In this document: one piece after another, positions 45,785 through 55,591 of the stretch
Layout of the letters: every line of letters starts with the position of its first letter
How positions within the stretch are numbered: position 1 is the first letter of the stretch
From: a virus
Strand: one strand, 5' to 3'
Length of the DNA: 64,000 nucleotides
IMG/VR virus record: IMGVR_UViG_3300045284_000330
Span: 1 to 64,000 of that record
Notes under the pieces: model-generated
What the model was told of the DNA's origin: nothing
Seen by the model: only the letters and a program-made list of their open reading frames with translations
Database searches by the model: none
Program-made: the position numbers and the translations under genes

Positions 45785-47338
45785 TTAACCGGTGGCCCCC
45801 ATTTCCTCGGGATTAGGACTGGGCGGCTCTTGCTTGTCATCCGGCGCCGGCGCCCCGCCGAATCCAATTGGCGCCGCTGGCATCTCCGGCTCCTCGGGCT
45901 CGGCGCCGTATTCGGCGATTGCAGTATCCAGACCAGGATAGGTGGCGTCTTCGACCAGCTGATTGACGACGCCCTCACGGAACGCGTCCTCGTTGATGAG
46001 GCCGATCGTCGAATAAATCTGCGTGGCCTGCGCCTTCTGGTACGCGATCGCCGCCTTCTCCGCCTCGCCCATCTGCCAAAGCGCATTCCATTCATAATGG
46101 ATGTCGGGGTCTGGCCGCCCGAACGCAGACCGCATCATCACCTGATCGAGCATCCCGAGTTTGGGCGCGACCTCGTTCTTCTGCATGTCGACGCAGGCGT
46201 CGTAGTAATTCCGCAGATCGTCCGGACCGCCCGCGGTGCTCCCGCCCTGCATCCCTCGCCCTTGGGCCTGGCCGAACAGGCGGCTCACCGGCATGTCCGC
46301 CGCGGCGGCGACGATGGTTGTGAATTCGTGCAGGATCATCGGCAGGCCACTGTAGTTCGTCTGTACCCGTTGCCATTCCTCCTCCTTGTCGAGGAGCAGC
46401 GCGCTGATGACGCTCTTGGTCTGCGCCGACAAGGTGAACCGCTCCAGCAGCTTGTTTTTGTAGCCGGGCGAGGTCAGGTTAAGCGCCATCTCCGGGATTT
46501 TAACGACGTCCAACTTGCCGTCATTCACGATTGCCGCAATCGACTGCAGGCTGCTCGTGAATCCCATCATCGTATCGACGACGGTCTGCAGAACGCTGTC
46601 GCCCCAGCCGCCTCCCATTGGGGCCAGCCGCCAATCTGGCAGTTCATTGCCTGCGTATTCGAGCACGCGGCTCGGATGAATCTGCGTCATGCCGATGCCG
46701 ATGGTCGGGATCGTCTGCAGCTGCTGCCCCTGCTGTCGTCCAAACGGGATAACGTTGCGGAACCCTCCCGCCTTCGGTGCCGCCGGCGGCGCAGGCGCAG
46801 GCGCCGTGGCGCCTGCCTCGCCCTCGAAGCCGAACATCGGCGTCGCCACCGTGTAATAGGCAGGCCGCGTGTAATAAGGGTCCATCACGTTGTAGATCCG
46901 CGGGCCCGCGTTCAGCTCATAGCGATTGAGCACCACAACGTATTTGAGGCAGCCCCGCCCGCACTTCTCCAGATTGAGCGGCTGACTCGGGTCATTGCCG
47001 TCATCCACGCCGACGATCAGCGCGGCTCCGCCATAAAGCCGCGCCCGGGTGATCCACTGCTTCACCTTGCGCTGCAGGTCCATCGTCTTTTCGATGGTCT
47101 CCAGCGCCTCGATCTGACTTTGCGACGCTTGCCACGCACGCCACTCGCGCGTCACATCCTCGGCCGGAGCATCGCAAATTTTTCGCGCCAGCCAGTCTCC
47201 GCGATACATATTCTCAAGCTGATTGCGATCGAGCAGAGTGAAGTCGTATTGAACGCTCCGGCTCGGATCGAGCCCAGGCGTGCCGAGGCCCGTCACGAAA
47301 TTTTTCAGCGTGTCGCGGACAGTTGTGTAGTAGCTCAT
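45785..47338 (-). CDS. Portal protein (DUF1073)
   Basis: YRGDWLARKICDAPAED.TREW, ARLYGG, PVSRLFG, DLRNYYD. Confidence 0.92.
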   Translation of the reverse strand: MSYYTTVRDTLKNFVTGLGTPGLDPSRSVQYDFTLLDRNQLENMYRGDWLARKICDAPAEDVTREWRAWQASQSQIEALETIEKTMDLQRKVKQWITRARLYGGAALIVGVDDGNDPSQPLNLEKCGRGCLKYVVVLNRYELNAGPRIYNVMDPYYTRPAYYTVATPMFGFEGEAGATAPAPAPPAAPKAGGFRNVIPFGRQQGQQLQTIPTIGIGMTQIHPSRVLEYAGNELPDWRLAPMGGGWGDSVLQTVVDTMMGFTSSLQSIAAIVNDGKLDVVKIPEMALNLTSPGYKNKLLERFTLSAQTKSVISALLLDKEEEWQRVQTNYSGLPMILHEFTTIVAAAADMPVSRLFGQAQGRGMQGGSTAGGPDDLRNYYDACVDMQKNEVAPKLGMLDQVMMRSAFGRPDPDIHYEWNALWQMGEAEKAAIAYQKAQATQIYSTIGLINEDAFREGVVNQLVEDATYPGLDTAIAEYGAEPEEPEMPAAPIGFGGAPAPDDKQEPPSPNPEEMGATG

Positions 47339-47615
47339 TGCTTCGTTCCCGCCGGCGCCATGGCGAGCCGGGCGCTCTCGATCTCCCGGGAATCCCGCTC
47401 CTCATCCAAAACGTCACGGCCCTGATGCAACGCGCACGCGTCGTCGCTTACCCCGACGATCGGCCGCACGAATTGGAAAGTGACCTTTCCCCCCGACATT
47501 GACACCTGCGTCGGTGTCGGCGGAGCGCCCCCGCACACTCGTCTGGTCAAATCCTGCGGCACGATCCGCGCGAAGCGGCACGTTCCGCAGCGCTTGATGT
47601 TCATGACCCCGACCA

Positions 47616-49199
47616 TCACGCCACCAAGCCCGTGTCCAGATACTTCTGGACCGCCGCGAACATCTCGTCGGCTTCCATTTTCAATTCCACTTCCTTCCGG
47701 ATTACGGGGCCATAATGGTTCGCGAGATTGCGAAGCGTCAGGCCGTGCGTCTCCACCGCAAAAGCCGGGCATTCCTTGCACAGCTTCTGAAACGCATAGC
47801 CCTGGCCGCTGCCGTAGCAGCCCCATTCGTCATCCGTGCAGGAAACCCCATCGTCGAAGACGCTGAGATAGCAGGTCGCCACGTTCCGCGGGTTTGAATA
47901 CTCCGCCATGAGATTGCTAAACGCTGGCTCGCTTGCGCTGTGGGCGTTCCATGACGTTTGAAACAGGCCCGCCTCCGCGGTGTCGCTCGACACATTGTCG
48001 GCCGACAGGTCCCGGCCCTCGCAGTGCCTTCCGCTCGACTCCCGCATCCCGCTGCCGAGCATCAAAGCATATAGGTGGCGCAAGGTAAGGGCCCCCGCGG
48101 CCTCGTTGCTCATTCCCAGCGCATCAAACTGGCTGCGGTAGATATTGAGCGCGTCCTTGTCCGATCCGGTCCGCGCCTTCGCCATTTCGACCGCCGCCTG
48201 GTGCCCAAGCTGAAGCTTGCGATAGGTCTGGGCAAACGCCAGCGCCATGCCTTGGGTGAACCCAGGCGGGGCAACCCCGCGGTCCTTCCAGGGATACTCC
48301 GCGATTTCGCTCTCATCGGCGATTACGCAAATCGCTTCGATGTCCCGTTCGTCCAGCGCGTGCGGCGGAGGCGGCAACGGCGGCTTGCCGTCGTACAAAG
48401 CCGCCCACGTCTGCTCGCCGCAAATGCCGTCGGCCGCAAGCCCGCGCGTTGCCTGGTACTGCGTAACGGCATCCTCGGTCCCGTTGCCGAAATCACCGTC
48501 TTCGTCGAGGTCCGGGTGCAGTTCGGTAAGGTTGAGCAGATGCTGCATATCATCCACGTCGTGGCCCTTGTCGCCGAGGGCGAGCACAGGGCGCTGGTCC
48601 AACGGCACCTCCAGCGGGTCCTCGACCCATGGCCGTTCGGGCGGCTTCTCGCCCGGCGCGTCCGGCACCGTCACGCCGCTGAGGGACTCCGCGATCGCTT
48701 TACAGATAGCGTCGAAGTGGGCGTTGTACTTGTTGCTGTCGTCTGTGCTGTCGCAGAAGCAGACCTCCAGGAGCACCGCTGGTTTGGCCGTATTGTTCAG
48801 GAAAAACAGGTTGTCGGTGTGCTTCTTGCCGCGGTCCTTGAAGCCGCCGGCCTTGGCTATCGCCGCCGAGATCGTCGCGGCATAGTCGGCCATACCGCTG
48901 CTCGTGTACCAGACTTCCGTGCCGTAGGCCCCCTCGGTGGCGTTGAAGTGAACCGAGACGTCCCGATCCCTGGTCTGCTCGTTGTGCCAGTTCACGATGG
49001 TGTTGAGGTTGGTGTTCTGGTCGTGGGAGGTGTTGTCGTGAAACGTCGCCGTCTTGATGCCGGCGCTTTTCAAGTGTTCCGCGACGCGGTCGACGACCCG
49101 TCGTGCTTCGTCGACCTCGTCCAGCTCCGGCGGCACTGGATTGCCGCACGCGCCCCGAATGTACTTTCCATGGCCAGAACTGATCGCGAAGCTTGGCAT
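47616..49199 (-). CDS. Endolysin: Amidase_3 plus PG-binding plus lysozyme-like domain
   Basis: SSGHG, SVHFNA, LLEVCF; DGDFG..T..AV..YQ...GLAADGI; RESSG...GLFQ. Confidence 0.88.
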   Translation of the reverse strand: MPSFAISSGHGKYIRGACGNPVPPELDEVDEARRVVDRVAEHLKSAGIKTATFHDNTSHDQNTNLNTIVNWHNEQTRDRDVSVHFNATEGAYGTEVWYTSSGMADYAATISAAIAKAGGFKDRGKKHTDNLFFLNNTAKPAVLLEVCFCDSTDDSNKYNAHFDAICKAIAESLSGVTVPDAPGEKPPERPWVEDPLEVPLDQRPVLALGDKGHDVDDMQHLLNLTELHPDLDEDGDFGNGTEDAVTQYQATRGLAADGICGEQTWAALYDGKPPLPPPPHALDERDIEAICVIADESEIAEYPWKDRGVAPPGFTQGMALAFAQTYRKLQLGHQAAVEMAKARTGSDKDALNIYRSQFDALGMSNEAAGALTLRHLYALMLGSGMRESSGRHCEGRDLSADNVSSDTAEAGLFQTSWNAHSASEPAFSNLMAEYSNPRNVATCYLSVFDDGVSCTDDEWGCYGSGQGYAFQKLCKECPAFAVETHGLTLRNLANHYGPVIRKEVELKMEADEMFAAVQKYLDTGLVA

Positions 49200-49304
49200 A
49201 GCTTTGTCATCCGATTATCTGTGAATGCGGGCATCGCGACCTCCTTTCCAGGTTGCCTTGTCAAGCGGCGGTCAGGCGTTGCTGCGTCTGGCCGCCACGC
49301 ATTT

Positions 49305-49553
49305 TTAGCCGAAGCGCAGAGCGCCAAACTCCGCGCGGCCGAAGAAATGGACCATCGGCGCGCCGACCAAGAGCGAGACCACGCAGATAATGAACACCAC
49401 CAGCACAATCAGCAGATAGATGCGCTGGATGTTCCATGGAATCGGCCACTCGAAAATATTGGCCACCCAGACGATGATTGCGCCAATCAGAACCAGAACC
49501 GCGGCAACAAGCACGCAATTGAGCACCCCGATCAGGATTCCGGTGACGGACAT
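49305..49553 (-). CDS. Two-TM membrane protein, holin candidate
   Basis: Hydrophobic; adjacent to endolysin. Confidence 0.55.
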   Translation of the reverse strand: MSVTGILIGVLNCVLVAAVLVLIGAIIVWVANIFEWPIPWNIQRIYLLIVLVVFIICVVSLLVGAPMVHFFGRAEFGALRFG

Positions 49554-49713
49554 GGTGCACCTCCTTTAATTGCGCTGCTCGGGCGGCACCACGACCGTGG
49601 GCGGCACGCTCGGATGCTCGGGCACCACCTGCGGCTGAGGTTGCGGCGGCGGTGGTTTTGGCACCTGCGGCGGTGGAGGTTTCGGCTTATCCGCATTCAT
49701 GGCTTTGTTCCTG

Positions 49714-49911
49714 TTAAGCGGTTGCGGCTTTAACTGCCCACATGGCGGCGTCTTCGTAGTGTGTTTGTGCGAGCGAGGCTAAACGGGCGTCTTTCGATTT
49801 CAGTGTCTCGCATAAATCGATGAGTTCCGCCGACTTCTGCTTGATCTGGTCGACGACGCTATCGGCGCTCGGATTGAATTTCGTTCGCACGCGATCCTCA
49901 CCAACACTCAT
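49714..49911 (-). CDS. Acb2/Tad1-like helical-hairpin protein
   Basis: RVRTKFNPS...VDQIK...RLASLAQTHYEDAAMWAVKAAT. Confidence 0.65.
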   Translation of the reverse strand: MSVGEDRVRTKFNPSADSVVDQIKQKSAELIDLCETLKSKDARLASLAQTHYEDAAMWAVKAATA

Positions 49912-50167
49912 GTTGCTCTCCTTGGCGTCCTATGCCGCCCCTATGGCACGACGCATTTCGACAGCAGCCTCGGTGACGTGCTTCTGGTGTTTCGGCTTGC
50001 CAGTCATTGCTTTTTCTCCTCTGCTGCCACCAGCGCCGCGCGAAGCAGCAATTCCACGCTCTCCGTCAGCCAACGCTGCGTCGCGGTGAATTGATCGTGC
50101 TTCATTTCCTCGATCTCATGCTTGCGCCTCAACAGCGCAATGATCTGCCGTTCGAGCACAGCTGGCC

Positions 50168-50542
50168 TCACGGTTCGGCATCAAGTAGCAACGGCCGCAG
50201 CGGCGGCAGCGGCACCAACTCAGACGCCGCATCCTGAAGCTTCATGCTGTCATTGCTGTTCTCAGATCGAGAATTGCCTGGAGGCCGCGAAAACGGACGA
50301 GGCGTCGCCGGCGGCCCCTGAATTCCAGTGCATGCGCCGAGCATTTCCCGCAAATGCGTTTGTCCAGCGTGCAGCATAACGACCTCTTCTTTCCGCTGCG
50401 CGGCGACAACTGATAATATCCAGTAAAAAAAGAACAGCAGCGCGATATTCATCAGAATAACACTGAGCGCGAGCGGACTCTCGCGCATGACGCTGAAGTA
50501 ACCAGCAACCGCCTTTCCGGCCTCTTCTGTAACGCCATTCAT
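50168..50542 (-). CDS. Single-TM protein in the lysis region
   Basis: PLALSVILMNIALLFFFYWIL. Confidence 0.55.
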   Translation of the reverse strand: MNGVTEEAGKAVAGYFSVMRESPLALSVILMNIALLFFFYWILSVVAAQRKEEVVMLHAGQTHLREMLGACTGIQGPPATPRPFSRPPGNSRSENSNDSMKLQDAASELVPLPPLRPLLLDAEP

Positions 50543-50839
50543 GGCTGCGGCGTCAATCTCTGTTCCAGAAGCTTTATGAGCGCTTCCGTATCCTTGCAGT
50601 CTTGCGCCGCCTGCGCAATATCAGCCTGCGCATTTGCATTGGCTTGCCACCCGATATAGCCAAGCGCGAGAGTGTTGGTCACAAGCAGCGCCAACATGAT
50701 CCAGTTCGATCTGGTCATCTATTCACCAAGCGTGATCCCTTCGATCACGTGCCACATCCACTGCGGTGATCACGACCCAAATGATCACCGCGACAAGCCG
50801 CTGCGCGGCAGGGGTGGCACAATTGCCTCTCCAGCTTTA

Positions 50840-51376
50840 TTACGTCGCCGGTGGCGTCGTTCCAGGCGCTCCAGGCAACGGCTTGCCGCCCGCCGGGAAG
50901 TAACCCCAACCATATGCCGGGTGATAGCCCCAGCCACCATCAGGCGGCGGCGGCTTGCCTCCATCTGGCGTCGTGCCTTCGGTCGGCGGCGGCGGCAGGA
51001 CAATGGGATGCGACGGGATTGGTGCCTGCCCTTCGGGCGGATTCGGCCAAATCTGAACCGGAGGACCGCCAGGAGTTACCGGCGGCAGGACAATCGGATG
51101 CTCAGGATGCGGCTGCGGTTTCACGCCCGGTCCCATCCCGCCACCCCAGTAACCGGGCGGCGAGGAGCCGGGAGGCCCGCCCGGATTGTAGATCGGGTGC
51201 GATGGGTAGGGCGGGTAGTAAATCGGGTGCTCTGGATGCGCACCAGCCGGCGGCTGTGGCATCGGAAATCCGATGTCGACATAAGGCGGACGAGGACCGC
51301 CCGGCATCGGACCGCCGCCGACGCCTACGTCACTAAAAAACAAAATTCCTTGAAACGTAACCGGTATTGCTGCCAT
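50840..51376 (-). CDS. Pro/Gly-rich protein with HPI repeats
   Basis: HPEHPIYYPP, SHPIYNP, HPEHPIVLPP, GGWGYHPAYGWGYFP; SD AGGAGG. Confidence 0.7.
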   Translation of the reverse strand: MAAIPVTFQGILFFSDVGVGGGPMPGGPRPPYVDIGFPMPQPPAGAHPEHPIYYPPYPSHPIYNPGGPPGSSPPGYWGGGMGPGVKPQPHPEHPIVLPPVTPGGPPVQIWPNPPEGQAPIPSHPIVLPPPPTEGTTPDGGKPPPPDGGWGYHPAYGWGYFPAGGKPLPGAPGTTPPAT

Positions 51377-51380
51377 GTAT

Positions 51381-51809
51381 TTATCCTCCTGATGCTTTCA
51401 GCATTTCACGACCCTTGTCGAAAAGGGCCTTCGGTAGTTTTCCACTCTTTACTGCCTCGCGGCGCCCCGCGCGGTCCGACTTGCGAAACAATTCACGGCA
51501 ATCGAACCGCTGGCATACATGTGGGGCGCGCCCGTGAATACTGCATCCGTTGGCTGTAAGATAGATACAATCGCCGTTGGGCCGCCGTTTTAGCGCGCGG
51601 CCAAGGCGCGTACCGTCGCGCTTCGTAATCCACGCCCAGTCATATTGCTCGTACTCCTCCTGCGCCAAGGGAACAATCAGAGTTCGGCAGCACAGCGTGC
51701 ACAAGCCGCACGGCACGTCGGATCGCCTGTCGTCCTTATCGACGAGATGTGTCGGCCGTAAATCAGGCAGACGCGCGACGCTCGGAATGTCCTGCTTCAT
51801 TTCTGCCAT
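51381..51809 (-). CDS. YkgJ/CxxCxxCC cysteine-cluster protein
   Basis: CGLCTLCC...DCIYL...CSIHGRAPHVCQRFDC. Confidence 0.85.
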   Translation of the reverse strand: MAEMKQDIPSVARLPDLRPTHLVDKDDRRSDVPCGLCTLCCRTLIVPLAQEEYEQYDWAWITKRDGTRLGRALKRRPNGDCIYLTANGCSIHGRAPHVCQRFDCRELFRKSDRAGRREAVKSGKLPKALFDKGREMLKASGG

Positions 51810-54022
51810 TATCTAACTCGTCGAGCACTGATATAGCCGGTCGCGGTGCACGTGCTGTTGAATGTGCCCTGCGCTGCGAGGTAGACGGTCGCCGGCGCAC
51901 TCACATTGACGCGCGTCGGACCAGTTTGCATCGTTTGCGTGACGCCATTGCCAAAGGTCAAACGATACTGAGTCATATTTCCATTGCCAGCACAAATCTG
52001 CGCAGCAGTCGGCAACGCCGCGGAAGTATTCGAAACTGCCGCCGCAAGCGCGGTTGGTCCCTGCGCCGGGCTGAAGATAACAACACCAGCCACCACCCAA
52101 TCGCCCGGAGTCAACGCCAGCGTCGCGACGTTCGCCGTGACGTTCGTGGTGAGATTGACGGGCGTCGTCTGGCTGGTGGCGAGCTGCTCACCCAGATTAC
52201 CCGCCACAGCATTGTCGGCCGCAACCGTGCCCTTGATCGCCTGCCGCGAAGTGTCGCTCGGATGGACGTGATCGCCTCGGGCCCAGGCTGTGGCGGTGCC
52301 GGCGGCGGCCGTCCCGTCCATGGCGGGGGCAGCACTGGACGCAGGAGGAAGCACCGCATTGACTTGCGCCGCCGTCTGGTAGCCGGCCGGGTTGCTAGCC
52401 GCGTAACGTGAGGTATCGGTCGGGTGAACGTGGTCGGACCTTGCCCATGTTGCCGCCACGCCACCCGCACCGACGCCGTCCATTTGCGGCACGGCGTTCG
52501 ATCCTGCCGGCGTGCTCGGCACGTAAATCTTGTTGTCGCTGCCCAGGGTGGCGGTGTTCCCTGCGTCAGCCGAGACCGCTGTCGGACCTGGAGTACCTTG
52601 AGGGCCTTGCGGGCCCTGTGACCCTGGTGGTCCCTGCAGACCGGTCGCCCCGTTCGCTCCGGTGTTGCCTGCCGGACCCTGGATTCCTGGGGTACCCTGG
52701 GGCCCCTGCAAGCCTTGTGGACCCACATCACCTTGAAGGCCTTGTGGCCCTTGGATTCCTGGGGTGCCGGCTGGGCCTTGGGGACCGTCGTTGCCTTGAT
52801 GGCCTTGGGGACCTGGAGGTCCTACGGGACCGGCTGGGCCTTGCTGCCCCTGGGACACTATCCCCAGGATGATGTTCATCCCGTTGGTGAGGGTACCGGC
52901 ACCCGCCTTCCAGGCGATCGGGACCTGGACGTACTCTGGTGAAGCGGGTGGCGCAAATGCCGAATTCGTGACGGTGTAGGAGTAGTAGACGGCCGCGCTG
53001 TCAGCGTTCTGCAGGAGGATTTCGTTGCCTGACTGGATCAGCCCCAGGATGACGCTGATGTCGGTGCCCGCACCGTCCAGGTTGCTGATGTAGAGGTTGG
53101 CTGCGCTCGCGGGGGTCGCATTATCTAGTTCAACCGTGCCAGCCGCAACTGGCGGGACCGTGGTGCTGGTCGAGAAAGCGTAGTTGAAGATGCTGCTGGT
53201 ATTGCCTTGAGGACCTTGTTGACCTTGCGGTCCGGCAGCTCCTTGGGGGCCGGGTGCGCCGTCCGCACCGGCCGGACCTTGGGGCCCCACATCACCTTGG
53301 AGACCTTGTGGCCCCTGAATACCCTGTGGTCCGGCTGGGCCTTGCTGGCCGTCGTTGCCGGCTGGTCCTTGGGGACCGGCCGGTCCGGCCAAGCCGGGTG
53401 ATCCGGCCTGACCGCCTGGACCGGGATCGCCTTGCGGACCTTGGGAACCTTCGGCTCCCGCTGGCCCCTGCGGGCCCTGTGTGCCCTGCGGACCTAAGTC
53501 CCCTTGCGGGCCAACCGCGCCTTGCGGGCCAGGATCGCCTTTTTGGCCTGCAGGTCCGGCCGCTCCCGGAACACCTGATGCACCGTCAACTCCGGCATTT
53601 CCTTGGGGACCGGCAGGCCCGGGAACGCCTTGCGGACCTGCAGGGCCGGCCGGACCTTGAGGACCCGGTGGGCCTTGGATTCCTCCGCCACCACTATCGG
53701 CAATTGGCTGCCAGCTTGCATTCTTTCGTCCATACATCGCTCCATCTTGCGGGGCCTCGGTAACCACTTCGTCCACCGGCACGATAGGCGTCCACGCCCC
53801 ATCAAGACGCGCGTGCGTGTCGCCATCTGATGGAGCGTCGGGAATGCCAGGAGTGCCTGGCGGACCTTGGGGACCAGCTGGCCCGGGCGGGCCCGGCGGA
53901 CCTTGTATGCCTGCACTGCCGCTGCCGATTCGCGCCCACACCTTGTCGAATTCGGAGTCGATCTGCTTCAGGGCCAGGCCGGGATCGAGGACGGTTGCAG
54001 GTTGGAATATGGTGGTGGTCAT
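51809..54022 (-). CDS. Collagen-like fibre protein
   Basis: Long Gly-X-Y runs; DAPSDG/EAPQDG; WARxDHVHP repeats. Confidence 0.9.
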   Translation of the reverse strand: MTTTIFQPATVLDPGLALKQIDSEFDKVWARIGSGSAGIQGPPGPPGPAGPQGPPGTPGIPDAPSDGDTHARLDGAWTPIVPVDEVVTEAPQDGAMYGRKNASWQPIADSGGGGIQGPPGPQGPAGPAGPQGVPGPAGPQGNAGVDGASGVPGAAGPAGQKGDPGPQGAVGPQGDLGPQGTQGPQGPAGAEGSQGPQGDPGPGGQAGSPGLAGPAGPQGPAGNDGQQGPAGPQGIQGPQGLQGDVGPQGPAGADGAPGPQGAAGPQGQQGPQGNTSSIFNYAFSTSTTVPPVAAGTVELDNATPASAANLYISNLDGAGTDISVILGLIQSGNEILLQNADSAAVYYSYTVTNSAFAPPASPEYVQVPIAWKAGAGTLTNGMNIILGIVSQGQQGPAGPVGPPGPQGHQGNDGPQGPAGTPGIQGPQGLQGDVGPQGLQGPQGTPGIQGPAGNTGANGATGLQGPPGSQGPQGPQGTPGPTAVSADAGNTATLGSDNKIYVPSTPAGSNAVPQMDGVGAGGVAATWARSDHVHPTDTSRYAASNPAGYQTAAQVNAVLPPASSAAPAMDGTAAAGTATAWARGDHVHPSDTSRQAIKGTVAADNAVAGNLGEQLATSQTTPVNLTTNVTANVATLALTPGDWVVAGVVIFSPAQGPTALAAAVSNTSAALPTAAQICAGNGNMTQYRLTFGNGVTQTMQTGPTRVNVSAPATVYLAAQGTFNSTCTATGYISARRVR

Positions 54023-54024
54023 AA

Positions 54025-55554
54025 TCAGGACACCCAGCTCATGTCAGACGGGTATCGATATCTGCTCGCGATCTTGTTGAACGCGCCGGAACTCGCATCA
54101 ATCTGGTCCTTGTATTTTCCGACCGGGAAATGTTCGGCCTCTTCGAGATAATTTTTCACCCATACACCCACGACCAGCCGCACATTGCCGCCCTGCCACT
54201 GCGCAGCGAACGGCTCGGCGCGCATCTCCTTTGCGCCGCGCACCCGATCGGCCTCGACGCGGAAGCCGGCGAGATTTCTGACCGTGGATTCCGCGCTCTC
54301 TTTGCCCCCGCTACCCGGCTCCTGCTCAACCCAGACCTTGGTCAGGAAATACTTTCTGCGATCCATCTCGGCGGTCTGCTTGATGATCCGCTCGCGGTCT
54401 AGCGCCGACCATTGCCCGCGCCTCACGTCAGCCACGACAAACGTGTCGTCGCGCATCCGCAGCATCAGGACGCCGGCGGTGTAAGCTCCGCCGCCGGCGG
54501 TGCCGCTCTTGTCCCAGTAGCGCACCGCGGCGACGACGCTCGCAGATGGCGGCGCCTCCGATATGATCGAGGCCATGTGGATCGGGAACATGTCGCCGCC
54601 GACGACAATGGGCGCCTGCTGGTAGACGCTCTGCCAGCCGGCCAATGTCATCATGGCGCGCTGCTGCTCGAGAAATTCCGCCGACTTGAGTTCCGGGAAA
54701 AGCGGTTCGCCCACCTTGCGCACAAACGGCCCGATCGGGCGCCCCACCTCATCAATGGCCGTATGTGTCTCCTCCTCTTCGGCCAGCGCCGCATAGCGGC
54801 ATACGCGCACATCCTTATGGCGCTCGATCAGCCGGCCCGCAGGATCGTCTAGATGCCATCGAGTCATCACGAGCAGCAGCGCGGCGCCGTCGGAGAAACG
54901 CGTCATGAAATCGTCGGTCATCCAATTCCATGTCTTGTCGCGGGTGAGCTTCGAGCTCGCCTCGGCACGGCCTTTGATGGGATCATCAATGACGCCCAAG
55001 TCCAGTCCCTCGCCTGTCACCGCACCTGCGATCGTGGTGTTGCGAAAAGACCCGCGCTCCAGGCCCGTTCCGTGAAACTCGATCATTTCGCTATTGGAGC
55101 GACGAACAGACGGGTTGACCGCCTGGTGCCCGAATATCTTGGCGTGCTTGGGATCGGCGAGAATGCGCTGCAGTCGAAGGTTCGCGCGAATGCCGAGCCG
55201 CTCGCTGAAAGACGCGAAGATGATTTTCAGTTGTGGGTCCGGCCCGCTCAAGCCGATGATCCACGAGAGGAAGTCTACGACTTGGGTGCTTTTCCCCAAT
55301 TGTGGAGGCGACTGCAGCAGGAGTTTTGGCCGGCGCCCGGCGCTATAGTCCAGCCAAAAGCGGTGCAATTCGAGCGCAACCTCGCGCTGCCACCATCCCA
55401 TGATCATGCGCGGATTGAGATAGCGGCGATACGCCCAGAAGGATTCGCGCGACTCGCGCTGGGCCTGCTGCTCCATGAGCCACAGGTCCTCCTCGGTGTA
55501 GGGGCGCGACGCTGGGACGTTGATGTTCACGAACATCACCACATCGGCGCGCAT
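54025..55554 (-). CDS. terL: Terminase large subunit
   Basis: [38 protein letters not shown]. Confidence 0.95.
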   Translation of the reverse strand: MRADVVMFVNINVPASRPYTEEDLWLMEQQAQRESRESFWAYRRYLNPRMIMGWWQREVALELHRFWLDYSAGRRPKLLLQSPPQLGKSTQVVDFLSWIIGLSGPDPQLKIIFASFSERLGIRANLRLQRILADPKHAKIFGHQAVNPSVRRSNSEMIEFHGTGLERGSFRNTTIAGAVTGEGLDLGVIDDPIKGRAEASSKLTRDKTWNWMTDDFMTRFSDGAALLLVMTRWHLDDPAGRLIERHKDVRVCRYAALAEEEETHTAIDEVGRPIGPFVRKVGEPLFPELKSAEFLEQQRAMMTLAGWQSVYQQAPIVVGGDMFPIHMASIISEAPPSASVVAAVRYWDKSGTAGGGAYTAGVLMLRMRDDTFVVADVRRGQWSALDRERIIKQTAEMDRRKYFLTKVWVEQEPGSGGKESAESTVRNLAGFRVEADRVRGAKEMRAEPFAAQWQGGNVRLVVGVWVKNYLEEAEHFPVGKYKDQIDASSGAFNKIASRYRYPSDMSWVS

Positions 55555-55591
55555 TTCGCGCGCGACGCCCGGCGATGGCGACTATACGCAA

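Noticed and set aside
45785-47338. Anti-CBASS Acb1, a label sometimes attached to DUF1073 proteins
   Set aside because: Ordinary portal; no fused 2H phosphoesterase (HxT) domain seen
45830-49733. Long plus-strand ORFs of 531 and 552 aa, and similar ones such as 8791..9876 and 36343..37392
   Set aside because: Antisense shadows of well-supported genes in high-GC DNA
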